Part shown: in pieces, positions 62,426 to 64,000 of the stretch
Layout of the letters: each line of letters starts with the position of its first letter
How positions within the stretch are numbered: the stretch's first letter is position 1
Source of the DNA: Lama glama
Taxonomy: Eukaryota
Length of the DNA stretch: 64,000 bases
Assembly (NCBI GenBank): GCA_028534125.1
Contig: CM052817.1
Location: forward strand, 36,768,001 to 36,832,000
Direction of reading: 5' to 3'
The notes under the pieces: model-generated
What the model saw: only the letters and a program-made list of their open reading frames with translations
Database searches by the model: none
What the model was told of the DNA's origin: nothing
Program-made: the position numbers and the translations under genes

Positions 62426-64000
62426 TTGTTTTCCTGACTGATAAAAAAAATCGTCTTAGAAATAAACTCAAAACTTTAATAAAAGCACCCTTTTGGCTGG
62501 GCTTCCAGGCAGATTTGCCTAACATTCCATTCGATTCTAGAAAACAAAATAGCTTGTCAAGAACACCTTATATTTATAAAGCACATTACAGTTTGTAAAC
62601 TGCTTTCGTATACATAGTCTCATCTGATTCCCGCAATAACCCCTGTGAGATGGGCAGTGGAAGAAGCAAAACTACCTACACTTAAGTATCTTTCTGAATT
62701 AATTCTTATTTTGTGGTTGGCTTTATTCCTTTGATAACTATGTAAGTTTAAAAAGCTAAAGTTCTCAATGTTCTTAGAAACAATGAACAGCACATAGATG
62801 TAAACTTAAAAAATATGTGCAGCATATTGTGCATATATATTTACAAGCAATATATTGTATATGTGCAGTCAAATTGTAACAATTCTACCTAATAAAACTG
62901 AAAAAAGAAAAGAAAAAAAATTTTTTTTGTATTCAGAAAAAAATTACCTATACTTATACGGCTGGCAGTAGCTTTAATAGAAGTAAAGGAGATATTTTAA
63001 CCTAAATCCTCTGCCTCAAAGTCCCAGATTAAAAAAATACATTTTTAAATGCCCTGCTATATGAAAAACAAGTTAATAGTGAGAGGAAATGCTCCTGAAG
63101 TTTACATTAAGTACCTTCAAGGCATATTTTTTGTTGCAAATTATTTACTGTGTTTAATAAACACGCCAGTGCAAATGTGCTAAACACGTAAGTATAGCAA
63201 AGGTGTAATCACTAGGTTCAATGCCAAGCACTATTTAAATCCACTGATTAAATCTATTTGATGATAGTAAACCTGTTTTTGTTTTGTTTTGTTTAAGAAT
63301 GAAACACTGGTTCCAGAAATTTTAATCGGTGGTAAAGTTTTATAAATATACAAATATTTAAACATAGTTTTGTGTGATACATTTCAAGTCTTCTCTTACA
63401 GTTTTTCATTTATTTCTTTGCTTTTGCTTTATAACAGGTCTCTTTGACAAAAGATGTTTTGAAAGATTGTATTTTATAGAATGTGAGACATGAAATGAAC
63501 TATAAACCATTAAGCTTTCCATTACTTCCACTATAAAAAAATCCAGAATTTTACCTAACATCAAGAAACCAAGAAAATGACTGCTTTTTTCCGATTTTAC
63601 AACATTTTTTCCCTAAGGGCACATTTTATAATTCTCTCCTTTGCTGTCTCTCTGCTTGTGTTAGTTCTTACATGATCTTGCGCATATAAATTTAGATCAT
63701 TGCGTCATTCCTCAAAAATATCAAAACAGTTAAAATAGTTCTGGAAATGGGGCTACAGGAAAGAGAAAACGTAAAATTAAGATGGGTAGATATTAAGCAA
63801 AAAAAAAAAAAAGAAATGCCAGTTTGAGGTATTCAGTATCTTCTTACAGAACACACACACAGAGGAGGTACAGAGTACTTTACTGTAGTTCACGATAATA
63901 AATCATGAACTTACAACAAAGTAACTTACAACAAAGTCTTTATAGTCTAATTGCATGTTGATGAATATTAATTGAATTGCATGGCCCAACAATCATCTTT

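Noticed and set aside
1..64000. CRISPR arrays, operons or other prokaryote-type systems
   Set aside because: The sequence is mammalian (spliced gene, L1/MIR/MaLR repeats, CpG depletion), and no repeat-spacer array was seen.

Overview
Mammalian genomic DNA, very likely camelid (a Vic-1-type tRNA-Ala-derived SINE plus cetartiodactyl-type young L1 3' ends). The only gene I can support is MEPE (SIBLING/SCPP cluster) on the minus strand. Three phase-0 coding exons are visible: 60752-60805, 59703-59795 and the large terminal exon 53531-54994, which carries RGD, SGDG and the C-terminal ASARM motif. The 3' UTR runs to about 52960. The signal-peptide exon was not found and presumably lies beyond the right edge. 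Positions 1 to about 52900 are repeat-rich DNA downstream of MEPE, towards SPP1 if the usual mammalian gene order holds. They contain L1, MIR, MaLR/ERVL LTRs, hAT-derived MERs and microsatellites. I found no evidence of a new multi-gene system. The most interesting observations are retrotransposition structures readable from the sequence: a probable L1 3' transduction (791-1388), an ancient L1M fragment inside a perfect 20-bp target-site duplication (24071-24380), and an L1 fragment in the MEPE 3' UTR. Also notable are a NAGNAG acceptor, an intact 93-nt Tyr-rich exon, and candidate CTCF, MEF2 and AP-1 elements. Repeat subfamily names and human comparisons are from recall, not from searches, and boundaries of old repeats are approximate.
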